IMG/VR virus record: IMGVR_UViG_3300020045_005532 | Location: 1-26,260 of that record | Source of the DNA: a virus | Taxonomy: Duplodnaviria; Caudoviricetes | Strand: one strand, 5' to 3' | Length of the DNA: 26,260 nt | Shown: piece after piece, positions 7,036 to 14,905 of the stretch | How positions within the stretch are numbered: position 1 is the first letter of the stretch | Layout of the letters: every line of letters begins with the position of its first letter | Made by a program: the position numbers and the translations under genes | Notes under the pieces: generated by a model | What the model was told of the DNA's origin: nothing | Database searches by the model: none | The model's input: only the letters and a program-made list of their open reading frames with translations

Positions 7036-7181
7036 TGGTCAGGCCGTAAAACTACGACATTTAGGCGACATGCATCATTGATTTTATTGAAGTTTTTCGC
7101 TGTGTTTGTAGCTTTACTGGGTAGGCCGCTTTTCCACAGAAATTGCACTATATTTGTGCTTTGCACCATATTAACTCAAAC

Positions 7182-7370
7182 TTAGCCAGTCATCGAGCTG
7201 GCTTTTTTTCGTCTGCTATTTCTCATCTTGCACCTAGCCAAACAAAACCTATGCCATTTTGTCTTCGGATGAAAGAATTCTTGGCATGTTTTCTCTGCGC
7301 ATTTGATGACTCCGCCGCCACAATGTGCACACTTATTATCTTTCGTAACGTGCATGAGTAACATCTGCAT
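7182..7370 (-). CDS. Small Cys-rich zinc-finger protein
   Basis: CAHC...C....C...F.P....HRFC..RC..R..R, resembling CGNR-type/phage zinc fingers; GAGAGG upstream of ATG. Confidence 0.65.
   Translation of the reverse strand: MQMLLMHVTKDNKCAHCGGGVIKCAEKTCQEFFHPKTKWHRFCLARCKMRNSRRKKASSMTG
7184..7209 (+). terminator. Rho-independent terminator after the cassette array
   Basis: AGCCAG-TCATCGAG-CTGGCT stem-loop followed by a T run. Confidence 0.65.
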
Positions 7371-7462
7371 TGCCTCTCTAAAAAACCAAACTGTTAATGG
7401 TTATTATCGTTTTGCGAAGAACGTTTTATCCCATTAACAGCTCAGTTCGAGGTAATTATATC

Positions 7463-8191
7463 ATGGCTATGGAAATTAACGATATTGTAGGTGGTCGCGG
7501 TGGTTTTGGGCTTGGTGGCGGCGATAGCGGCTTGGGTCTAATCGCCATTCTTGCAGCAACCGGCGCGCTTGGAAATAACAATCGCCGCAATGACTGTGAT
7601 CGCGATTGTGTTACGCAGGCAGATTTAAATGGCAAGGCTATTGGCGATCTTAAGGGCGAGATTAAAGACGCTCAGGCCGAGCTGCAATTAGGTGCTGCGC
7701 GAGCAGAGGCAAGCATAAATGCAACAACTACTGCAACTGGCAACTCACTGCAAAATGGCCAAACAGCAATACTTTTGCAGTCAGCAAATCAAACCGAGCG
7801 CCTTATGGCTGGAATTGCTGCGGTTGACACCAATGTGGATCGTCAGGCTTGCATGCTTCAGTCAGCGATAAAGGACTCTGAGCGCAACATTCTGGAAGTA
7901 CTCAACCAAAACCGCATCCGCGATCTTGAGCAACAACTAACGGTTTCTCAGTTGCGTGAAGGTGAAGGGCGTCAAATCATTCGCGATAATGATAACGCGC
8001 ACAAACAGGAAATCACCGTAACTCAGATCCAAAACAACAACCAGCTGCAAATTCAAGAGATTCGCCATAGCTTGGCACTTTTGGGTAGCGGCGTGGCTCA
8101 GGTTGCGCGTGCCACTAACAGCCAAGTAGTTGTAGGCTCAACAGGGGTTGCAGGGGTGCAGTCGGCAAACCCAAACAACGTAAACGTGTAG
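7463..8191 (+). CDS. Gly-rich, hydrophobic-N-terminus coiled-coil protein of unknown function
   Basis: GAGGT RBS supports ATG 7463 over track start 7397; GGFGLGGG-hydrophobic-NNN head then long Q/N/A-rich helical region. Confidence 0.85.
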   Translation: MAMEINDIVGGRGGFGLGGGDSGLGLIAILAATGALGNNNRRNDCDRDCVTQADLNGKAIGDLKGEIKDAQAELQLGAARAEASINATTTATGNSLQNGQTAILLQSANQTERLMAGIAAVDTNVDRQACMLQSAIKDSERNILEVLNQNRIRDLEQQLTVSQLREGEGRQIIRDNDNAHKQEITVTQIQNNNQLQIQEIRHSLALLGSGVAQVARATNSQVVVGSTGVAGVQSANPNNVNV

Positions 8192-8201
8192 GGAGTAGAT
8201 C

Positions 8202-8402
8202 ATGCCAGAGCATCATGGGCGGGTTTATTTTACTACGTGGTTTGATAAGTCAGGCGTTTTTCACGTGTCGCCAAAAGATGGCGTTGAGCTTATGGCTATC
8301 AAACATTTGCTTTACGAAATTGGCGAGCACACTATGGAAAAAATGGTTGTGTTTGATACGGATGTTCCTATAGCGCTTGGGAGTGATCCTAAGACTTATT
8401 AG
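8202..8402 (+). CDS. Hypothetical protein, 66 aa
   Basis: GGGAG RBS; followed by terminator. Confidence 0.7.
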   Translation: MPEHHGRVYFTTWFDKSGVFHVSPKDGVELMAIKHLLYEIGEHTMEKMVVFDTDVPIALGSDPKTY

Positions 8403-8409
8403 GGGTCAT

Positions 8410-8439
8410 AAAAAACCCGCCGTAATTGGCGGGTTTTTT
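8410..8439. terminator. Bidirectional rho-independent terminator
   Basis: AAAAAACCCGCC-GTAATT-GGCGGGTTTTTT between convergent genes. Confidence 0.92.
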
Positions 8440-8460
8440 GTATTTACCACATAGTATTTT

Positions 8461-8730
8461 TTAAGCTAATCGTGATGTATCTAATGACCGTCGCAATGAC
8501 ACAAAGCCATGGCAAGCCGTTGATTCACCAGAGCCAGAGCCGATAGCTTTAGCAATAAATACGGTTTTCATTGAGCGACCGATTGCGCAAATCTGCTCGA
8601 CCTTCGCCATTACAGCGGGCTCGAACTTTGAAACCATTCGCGCAAACGCATCGACACAAACAGCACTTAATGCGGACATAGCAATTGATAATACGGAAAT
8701 AAATCGCCGATATAAATGTGATCCAGCCAT
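8461..8730 (-). CDS. Hypothetical protein with hydrophobic N-terminus
   Basis: GAGGT RBS; 89 aa; ends just before bidirectional terminator. Confidence 0.7.
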   Translation of the reverse strand: MAGSHLYRRFISVLSIAMSALSAVCVDAFARMVSKFEPAVMAKVEQICAIGRSMKTVFIAKAIGSGSGESTACHGFVSLRRSLDTSRLA

Positions 8731-8786
8731 AATAAATACCTCGTTAAATGTTAAAGATTCATGAATCCTTTTTTCAAAGGAAATTT

Positions 8787-8815
8787 AATTTACAGCTTAT
8801 GGATATTTTTTGCAA
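8787..8815 (-). promoter_or_regulatory. Possible sigma70 promoter for the 8461-8730 gene
   Basis: Minus strand TTGCAA, 17 bp, TAAATT in an AT-rich gap. Confidence 0.35.
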
Positions 8816-8828
8816 TAGCGTCATAATT

Positions 8829-10730
8829 TTAAAGTCCTGTCACAGTCAACCCGCCAACAGTCGGCCCCGAAACCGTCAACCCTCTTACAGTCAGTCCGCC
8901 CCCAGAAGCCGGTGGAGCAACACTAAACTGAACAGCCCCACGACTAGTGCCATCGTGCGCAGACGTTGCCAGAAGCGAGTTTGTAGGCGTTACGCAATAC
9001 TTTGCAAAGTCGATAATATCCGCAGTAGTAAAGGCAGGTGTTATTCCAGATTCTTGCTTTCCGGTTGCCGAATTAAAGCCGTTTAATTTTAGCAGCTCTG
9101 CAAAAACCTGAGACGTGGTTGTTAACCCCTTGGTTGCAGCAAACGCTAGAATAATTGAGTTCCCAACAGGGTAGTCGGTCATTGTTGGATTTAGGTCGTC
9201 ATCGCTTCCACCAAATCCAGCATCACCGATTGTTTTTCCGGTTGTTACAACAAATCTATAAAGGTTTGTAGGAAATACAGTGACCAAATTCCAGTAGGTG
9301 TTGTAATCCATCACGTCAATTTGATCGGTTGGAACGATGCCGCCAAGCCCTGCAACAGTTGACAAATTGATGCCAGCAACCTGACCGTCAGATGATAGAT
9401 TGTTTATTACGCCAACAATATTAGATAATATCGTTACAACGCTAGAGCCTGTCATATACCCGTTTGATTCAGTTCTAAAAATCAGGCCGTAGGGGTTGGC
9501 GAAATTAGCGCTAGCCTTCTTGGATAGGTACGTATTGTGCTCAATAGTAACGTTTGCCGTTGAGCTTGCGCCAAGCCTGTTTGCAAAAACGCCTCCTTTG
9601 TCATCTAAAACAATATTCCGCTTAACGCTTATATCGCCAGAAGCGGGCAAAAAATACCAGTCGCTTGCGTTTTCTGCGCCGGATGGGTGAATAATGCCCT
9701 CGATGAAGTTATCTTCTATCGTTTTTACAGACCCATTATCAAAAAGATGGAAGTTGCCCTTTGCTGAATTGTGGCTAACATCCATAATAAATACAGAGCT
9801 TGCAACTGTGTCAGCAAAGAAAAAACAACCTTCTGTCTTTTCACTTTGTCGAAATGCAAGATTGCTTGTTGTGTGTGTTATCGCTAAATTTTTAACTCGA
9901 TCCACTGCAACAGAGTCAATCACGGTGTTTGGGTAACTAGATAGATAGTCAGGCTTAAAGAATCGTATTAATTTTGATGATGTTGGGTCGTTGTGTGTTG
10001 CGGTAAAATTGTCGTATTCGCGCAGTCCTACTGGTGTACCAGCGCCAGATTCGCAGCCAACATAAATCAAAAACGAGCCAGAAACGTCAGCAACATGGGA
10101 ATGACGGTAATCGTTATTTTTCCAAACGAAATCATTATTCAGTCCCGCGAAAGCGGTACTACCGAATAATCCAGCATCATTAAAAGATATATTTTCATAC
10201 CTCATATGATTTCCAGTTGCACTACCTCCGCCCATTTTTATACTGGCCATGTTTTTAATAACAACATGCTTTAAATCTATTAATCCAGTTGAGTAGCCAT
10301 TGCTCGCGCTAGAACAAATTAAAGGTAAAGGCTCACCACTAACATAGTCAGAGCGGGTAAATACATATTGATTTCCTAACGTACCGTGCGCTGTGAATTT
10401 GTTTGGCACATTAGTTGAAGATGTGGCGGTTTGTATCCAGCGATAATTTGATAATCCATCGAAAACTGCTCCAGGATATCCTATGACTTCATTCCACTGA
10501 TTTACCGTTGCATCTGCTGTTAGCTGTAATACTCCGCGATGATGAAATCCTGCGCGATTGCTAAATGACCCGCCTGTGAGTGTGATTGTAGGGTTGAATG
10601 TTACATTAGCAGGTATTGTCATCATATGACTAACAACTACCGTATCGCCCGCAACCGGAATACCATTAGGCGTCCATTTGGTTGGGTCGTTTACGTCCCC
10701 CGCAGCAAAGCTTGCATAAGCCACGCCCAT
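8829..10730 (-). CDS. Large beta-rich protein, probable parallel beta-helix (pectin-lyase-like) with G8-like N-terminus
   Basis: N-terminal GD.NDP..W....P.AGDTV.V motif; repeated I..N-type strands (IEDNFI, VKRNIV, IEHNTY, ILSNIV, MDYNTY); ends RGAVQF plus GLTV repeats. Confidence 0.6.
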   Translation of the reverse strand: MGVAYASFAAGDVNDPTKWTPNGIPVAGDTVVVSHMMTIPANVTFNPTITLTGGSFSNRAGFHHRGVLQLTADATVNQWNEVIGYPGAVFDGLSNYRWIQTATSSTNVPNKFTAHGTLGNQYVFTRSDYVSGEPLPLICSSASNGYSTGLIDLKHVVIKNMASIKMGGGSATGNHMRYENISFNDAGLFGSTAFAGLNNDFVWKNNDYRHSHVADVSGSFLIYVGCESGAGTPVGLREYDNFTATHNDPTSSKLIRFFKPDYLSSYPNTVIDSVAVDRVKNLAITHTTSNLAFRQSEKTEGCFFFADTVASSVFIMDVSHNSAKGNFHLFDNGSVKTIEDNFIEGIIHPSGAENASDWYFLPASGDISVKRNIVLDDKGGVFANRLGASSTANVTIEHNTYLSKKASANFANPYGLIFRTESNGYMTGSSVVTILSNIVGVINNLSSDGQVAGINLSTVAGLGGIVPTDQIDVMDYNTYWNLVTVFPTNLYRFVVTTGKTIGDAGFGGSDDDLNPTMTDYPVGNSIILAFAATKGLTTTSQVFAELLKLNGFNSATGKQESGITPAFTTADIIDFAKYCVTPTNSLLATSAHDGTSRGAVQFSVAPPASGGGLTVRGLTVSGPTVGGLTVTGL

Positions 10731-10731
10731 A

Positions 10732-11286
10732 TTAAAATACCGCCTTAATATTTATCGTAGCGTAATTACTCATAACGCCCGTTGAATCTTGAGCCGCGAT
10801 TAACGCTGTTCCGCTAGGCTTGTTTAGTGCTAATTTTGTTTTATCGCCAAGCACTGAAAAAGATTTATCTTCAAAAATAATATGGTAGGCGATAACTTTA
10901 TCTAAGCTGCTGCCATCCTCTCGCTTTGTTGGACGTTCCCACTCAATGTATCCAGAGGTCGCAACCCGCGAGCTAGATGAACTAGACGCCGCGCCACTTG
11001 ACGCTTTAGAGCTGCTTGAAGATGTAGCGCTTTTTCGCCATTCCGTGTTGTACGTCAAAATTGGCTGAGTAACAGTAACCACGCAACCGCACTTCAAAGA
11101 TAACGCACTGGCAGCAGACTCAGCCCGCGCTTGGAGGTCGTAAGTCGGCGAAACCGCAACACCACCGGCACTCACAATGTAGCTGCCACCGGTTTTAGTC
11201 TGTACGGGATATTTATCAGCACCGCCGTAATCAGCAGCAAAAACAACGGATGCAAATAGCATGAGAGGTAAAATAAATATTTTCAT
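10732..11286 (-). CDS. Exported protein with poly-Ser linker and C-terminal FN3-like domain
   Basis: Signal peptide MKIFILPLMLFASVVFA; SATSSSSSKASSGAASSSSSS linker; IEWERPTKREDGSSL....YHI......A.DS.G..S FN3-like motif. Confidence 0.7.
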   Translation of the reverse strand: MKIFILPLMLFASVVFAADYGGADKYPVQTKTGGSYIVSAGGVAVSPTYDLQARAESAASALSLKCGCVVTVTQPILTYNTEWRKSATSSSSSKASSGAASSSSSSRVATSGYIEWERPTKREDGSSLDKVIAYHIIFEDKSFSVLGDKTKLALNKPSGTALIAAQDSTGVMSNYATINIKAVF

Positions 11287-11804
11287 TTGCGGTCATCCTG
11301 CAAAGGTAGTTTTGATGGATCACAATAATCTTTTGCGGATCTTGCGATCAGTTCGCGTTGTAATGCCGCGTAATTAACCTCTACCAAGCCTATTACTTCG
11401 GTGAGACGTAAATAATTTTGTTCAAGGGTTCGCGTATATTCGGCATTGGCTCCAGCAGCTTCTGATCCGCTGCCGGCGGTATTGGGCAGCTTTGAATTGT
11501 TTTCTGTTGGACTGTTCCGCATCCGCAAAACACACTTGCCAGCATCAAAACAATCACGCAATTTTTTAAGCTCATCATCTTTTACCTTTAAGTCATCAGC
11601 GGTTCTTTGTTCGCGGTTCGCAGCATCATCAGCAAGCGATCGCTCCTTTTTGATTAGCTTATCTTTTGCTTCGATTTCGCCAGCCTGTGCGATTTTGTCT
11701 TGTTTTAGCTGCTGGTTTTGCTCGGCCACGTAGTCATAGCGCATAAAGAAAGCTATTGCGGCAACGAATAAGGCCGCGTAAATGTACAGCTTTAGGTTAA
11801 TCAT
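11283..11804 (-). CDS. Rz: Rz-like inner-membrane spanin
   Basis: N-terminal TM, coiled-coil, LR....AG..VLR motif, directly after endolysin. Confidence 0.85.
   Translation of the reverse strand: MINLKLYIYAALFVAAIAFFMRYDYVAEQNQQLKQDKIAQAGEIEAKDKLIKKERSLADDAANREQRTADDLKVKDDELKKLRDCFDAGKCVLRMRNSPTENNSKLPNTAGSGSEAAGANAEYTRTLEQNYLRLTEVIGLVEVNYAALQRELIARSAKDYCDPSKLPLQDDRK
11393..11578 (-). CDS. Rz1: Rz1-like outer-membrane spanin lipoprotein embedded in Rz
   Basis: Alternate frame inside Rz; signal peptide ending VFCG-C lipobox; Pro-rich CPIPPAA...LLEP. Confidence 0.8.
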   Translation of the reverse strand: MMSLKNCVIVLMLASVFCGCGTVQQKTIQSCPIPPAADQKLLEPMPNIREPLNKIIYVSPK

Positions 11805-12361
11805 GCCAACGCCTCATAAGCTGCTTTGAGCTGTTCGTTGTACGGTACAATGCCAAGCCTATGAGCCTGTGCTGCATACCCTGAGCCATTGTAAATGTAC
11901 GCGACCATGTGCCAATCCTTTTGGCTTACTGCTCTTGCAAGTCGCCCATCGCTCTCGATAAATTTAACGAATGCATTTATTTGTGCTGGCAGACCCGTTT
12001 TGAAGTCGTCCCACATTGCACCTACAGAACTATAACCAAGCGTAGCCCAGTGGAAGCCCATGATTTGAGGTAATCCAATTGACGTGGAATTCATTGCACC
12101 ATTCGAGTCAATCGCAAACGCATTATTAAACGCAATCCACTCTTTCGACTGTACTTCTATTTTATTAACAGACCACGCACCGCTTGGGGCGTATGGAGCC
12201 ATTCGCTTAAACCATTTAGGTTCGAATTGGATAAGCAGTTTTCCGTTATCCGCAAAGCCCTTCCCGCCGGTCTCGACTTCGATAATCGCCTTTAGCGCTT
12301 TTTTATCAATGCCTGTATGGAGCGAGTCAATTATGGATATAATTTCTTTACTTAAGCTCAT
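11801..12361 (-). CDS. Endolysin, N-acetylmuramidase (DUF3380) family
   Basis: VETGG.GF...I.FE..WF, STSIGLPQIMGF, KDW...A..YNG..Y, Y...L..AY motifs. Confidence 0.92.
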   Translation of the reverse strand: MSLSKEIISIIDSLHTGIDKKALKAIIEVETGGKGFADNGKLLIQFEPKWFKRMAPYAPSGAWSVNKIEVQSKEWIAFNNAFAIDSNGAMNSTSIGLPQIMGFHWATLGYSSVGAMWDDFKTGLPAQINAFVKFIESDGRLARAVSQKDWHMVAYIYNGSGYAAQAHRLGIVPYNEQLKAAYEALA

Positions 12362-12587
12362 TTATGTTTTCCTGAATCGCTGGCGTTACTGCGTTTATTT
12401 TTGCTACTGATTCTTTGTTGTCGAAGAACAAAACATTAGAAAAAAGCCACATAATAACCAGAACCCATTCACCACTTTGAATATGCCTTGTCATTAATAA
12501 TAACGTTGTCACCACACACCAAAACGAACAATAGAAATATTTTCTACCACCGAAAGCATTGAATAGTGCGTTTTGGAAATCGTTCAT
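12348..12587 (-). CDS. Putative holin
   Basis: 79 aa, GGRK followed by two TM segments, immediately upstream of endolysin. Confidence 0.65.
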   Translation of the reverse strand: MNDFQNALFNAFGGRKYFYCSFWCVVTTLLLMTRHIQSGEWVLVIMWLFSNVLFFDNKESVAKINAVTPAIQENINELK

Positions 12588-12865
12588 AGCAGCAACTTAA
12601 TAACTGATAGTACGGATGATGGCGAAAACTGCGGGAAAAATGTCATCGCAGCAACATAACAAATCGCAATAGTTCCAAGCTTTGATTTAAGAGTGAGGCC
12701 TTTTTTATAGGCGTCCAAGACAGGCTTTAGTGTCTTTTGAAATTCTTCATGGCTGTTGCGTATTTCTCTGATTTCTGATGACAATCTGGTATCAACCTCG
12801 CCAATCAAAGCCGCTGCCCGTATAGCCTTTGACACATCAGAAAAAAACTCACGCTGCTCATTCAT
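12584..12865 (-). CDS. Lysis-region protein with C-terminal TM (holin/antiholin-like)
   Basis: Helical soluble part then hydrophobic tail; start at 12865 (MNEQ) chosen because it overlaps the upstream stop; track start 12916. Confidence 0.6.
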   Translation of the reverse strand: MNEQREFFSDVSKAIRAAALIGEVDTRLSSEIREIRNSHEEFQKTLKPVLDAYKKGLTLKSKLGTIAICYVAAMTFFPQFSPSSVLSVIKLLL

Positions 12866-13103
12866 GCAGTGCTCGGCGGCTCTTCTCTCGTCTGTCGATT
12901 CCTGCATAATTGCCAACCCTTAGCAATGGTTTGAATGTGTCCAGCGTATCACCGCGCGCCGCGCTTTTAAATACATGTATCATAGCGGTGATAAGCGGCA
13001 ATGGCCTACCAACCTCATCTAGCGTGTGCGTCAAAATATCTGCGCTATGCAGTATTTTATCGCAATCGTCGCTAGCAAAACGGCAGCTGTTGCGGCGTTC
13101 CAC
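12858..13103 (-). CDS. Hypothetical protein, 81 aa
   Basis: GGAG RBS before GTG; ERR and YAGIDRR motifs as seen in phage lysis-region proteins; bridges the gap between neighbours. Confidence 0.55.
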   Translation of the reverse strand: MERRNSCRFASDDCDKILHSADILTHTLDEVGRPLPLITAMIHVFKSAARGDTLDTFKPLLRVGNYAGIDRREKSRRALHE

Positions 13104-13348
13104 AATATACGCTCCGAACTCATAAATTCAACGTTTTCATCGGTTAAAGGCATTTGTTTATTGGCCATAAACGCGCACACACGATAGCCAAGAAATAGCG
13201 CCATTGATTCGCTATAGGTGAGATTCGTATCTGCCAAATAGCCGCACAGATAAATCGCCAAAGCAGCCGTATTCGCAGCCAATAGCATACCTAAAAATAA
13301 GCGAACTTTTACAGGCAATAATTCGTATAGGGATTTCAGACGGTTCAT
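13031..13348 (-). CDS. Hypothetical membrane protein
   Basis: 105 aa with hydrophobic segments; ATGA overlap with upstream gene. Confidence 0.6.
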   Translation of the reverse strand: MNRLKSLYELLPVKVRLFLGMLLAANTAALAIYLCGYLADTNLTYSESMALFLGYRVCAFMANKQMPLTDENVEFMSSERILWNAATAAVLLATIAIKYCIAQIF

Positions 13349-13734
13349 AGGGGGACTCCTTGCAGCAACACAGGAATACGGCTCATGTCGTCAAGAACAC
13401 CCACAACACCAAGCGCGGTAGTTGATACCAGCACGCGGTTATCGGCAACATTGACCGCGCGCGCATCAGCCCACTCATCAATAGAAATTTGCAGAACTTC
13501 AAGCCAAGTCCAATCTTCAATACCAGGAAGCCCGCACTCTTCTATCAGCATTTCAGCATTTGGCAGCTCAGATAAATCACCATCAATATTTTTTGCTAAA
13601 TAGCGAAAGCGTTTAGATTCATTTGGTGTGAATAGTGATCGCCATTCGGATTTGTCTATGCCGCTGGTTTTGTGTGTAGGCGACGGGATCGGATTATCCC
13701 AAATAGTGCCATTTGGTGTGTCAATGTATGCCAT
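13345..13734 (-). CDS. Hypothetical acidic protein, possible tail fibre assembly chaperone
   Basis: Position after tail-tip genes; I.K.EWRSLFT..E and ...RI..LL.G pattern. Confidence 0.5.
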   Translation of the reverse strand: MAYIDTPNGTIWDNPIPSPTHKTSGIDKSEWRSLFTPNESKRFRYLAKNIDGDLSELPNAEMLIEECGLPGIEDWTWLEVLQISIDEWADARAVNVADNRVLVSTTALGVVGVLDDMSRIPVLLQGVPL

Positions 13735-13736
13735 GA

Positions 13737-14201
13737 TTAAGCTGCCTGCGTTCTAGCCAAAGAAGTTGTGAATTTGCCAGTTTCGTTTTGATTGCTAGCA
13801 TACTGAACACGAATTGCGCTTGTGTAGACAATCGGCGGAAGCGAAGAGTTATTCCCAGACGAATGGTTTCCGGCCAATACTGCACCGCTATTTATTGTGG
13901 TTATCGCCGCGCTAGTGAAGTCATAAATGCTACCACCGTCCACAGTAACGACTATTCTCAATGTTCGGCTTGTGGTGTCATTTGTGAAAATAGAAAGCTG
14001 GCTTAAATAACCAGCGCTCCCAGTTTCGTTTATAAGGTCAACGAGTGTATTTGCTGTTAATGCGCCAGAAACAGAATTTCTAGCAGTTGCATTTTCGCCC
14101 AAGTTTGTAATTGCTGTATAACCAGCAGTGCTGCATGCGTTATATAAAGCCTTTGTTGCACCAGAACCTCTCTTAACCTGCGTTAACGGTACGTCTGCCA
14201 T
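13737..14201 (-). CDS. Tail-associated beta-rich protein
   Basis: Thr/Ser/Gly-rich, LRIVVTVDG motif, in tail operon. Confidence 0.55.
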   Translation of the reverse strand: MADVPLTQVKRGSGATKALYNACSTAGYTAITNLGENATARNSVSGALTANTLVDLINETGSAGYLSQLSIFTNDTTSRTLRIVVTVDGGSIYDFTSAAITTINSGAVLAGNHSSGNNSSLPPIVYTSAIRVQYASNQNETGKFTTSLARTQAA

Positions 14202-14897
14202 TTAAACCACCTCCAAAATTGAGGCGCTAACCGCCTTTAAATGAACAACTTCACCAGCGCGCAAAGTTATGTTTGTTCCGCTTGAGATCGACCCTGCATC
14301 ACCGCGAATGGTATATGCAGAATTCATAAGCCTAACCGCTTGAGTGCTGGCTGGGCTATTGCTAAGCACAATAAAATCATTTGTTGCGAGTGTTGGTAAT
14401 GACATATCAGCCGCGGCAGAAGTCGCTATGATTGTGCTTTGAGAATTTGGTATTAGGGTTGCGCTTGCAGTGTATGGGGTAAGCCATCGAGTGCCATTTG
14501 CAAAAGCCCAATCGGTATTTGAAACCCCGGGCTCGCTAGATGCTACGTTTGCAAGATTATTTAGCAGAGACCAATACGCGCCATTATGTAATACTGTTGC
14601 CGGTTTATTTAGTGCACCGGTTAATCCTGACCACAAACCCTTAAAATCTGACAAGTTTGCAGCCGCATCAGCACTTAATGCTGCTGCGGTTGCGCTGTTT
14701 TCGGCAGACACAACAAGGCTGGCAATCCACGTAATAGCGCTGCCGGCATAGGTCACAACATCCTGCAAATAGGCTTTAAACGGCGCGAAATAATCCAGAA
14801 ACGTAAACATCTTGCCAACAAATATGTCTTGGCCTTCTGTTCTGTCTGGCGTTGCCGGTACGCTGGCAATCGGTGTGGGTGGCGTAGGTGCTGGCAT
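14202..14897 (-). CDS. Short tail fibre/tail-tip protein
   Basis: Pro-rich start, helical Ala-rich stalk, FKGLWS.LTGAL..PATV.HNG..W.LL motif, C-terminal beta domain. Confidence 0.65.
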   Translation of the reverse strand: MPAPTPPTPIASVPATPDRTEGQDIFVGKMFTFLDYFAPFKAYLQDVVTYAGSAITWIASLVVSAENSATAAALSADAAANLSDFKGLWSGLTGALNKPATVLHNGAYWSLLNNLANVASSEPGVSNTDWAFANGTRWLTPYTASATLIPNSQSTIIATSAAADMSLPTLATNDFIVLSNSPASTQAVRLMNSAYTIRGDAGSISSGTNITLRAGEVVHLKAVSASILEVV

Positions 14898-14905
14898 TTA
14901 AACCT

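Noticed and set aside
7143-7361. Plus-strand 72 aa ORF after the array
   Set aside because: Crosses the + strand terminator and is antisense to the better supported zinc-finger gene.
7397-8191. Possible integron integrase at the expected position beyond the attI-like site
   Set aside because: No R...H-x-x-R...Y tyrosine recombinase residues in the right pattern; the sequence is Gly-rich then coiled-coil.
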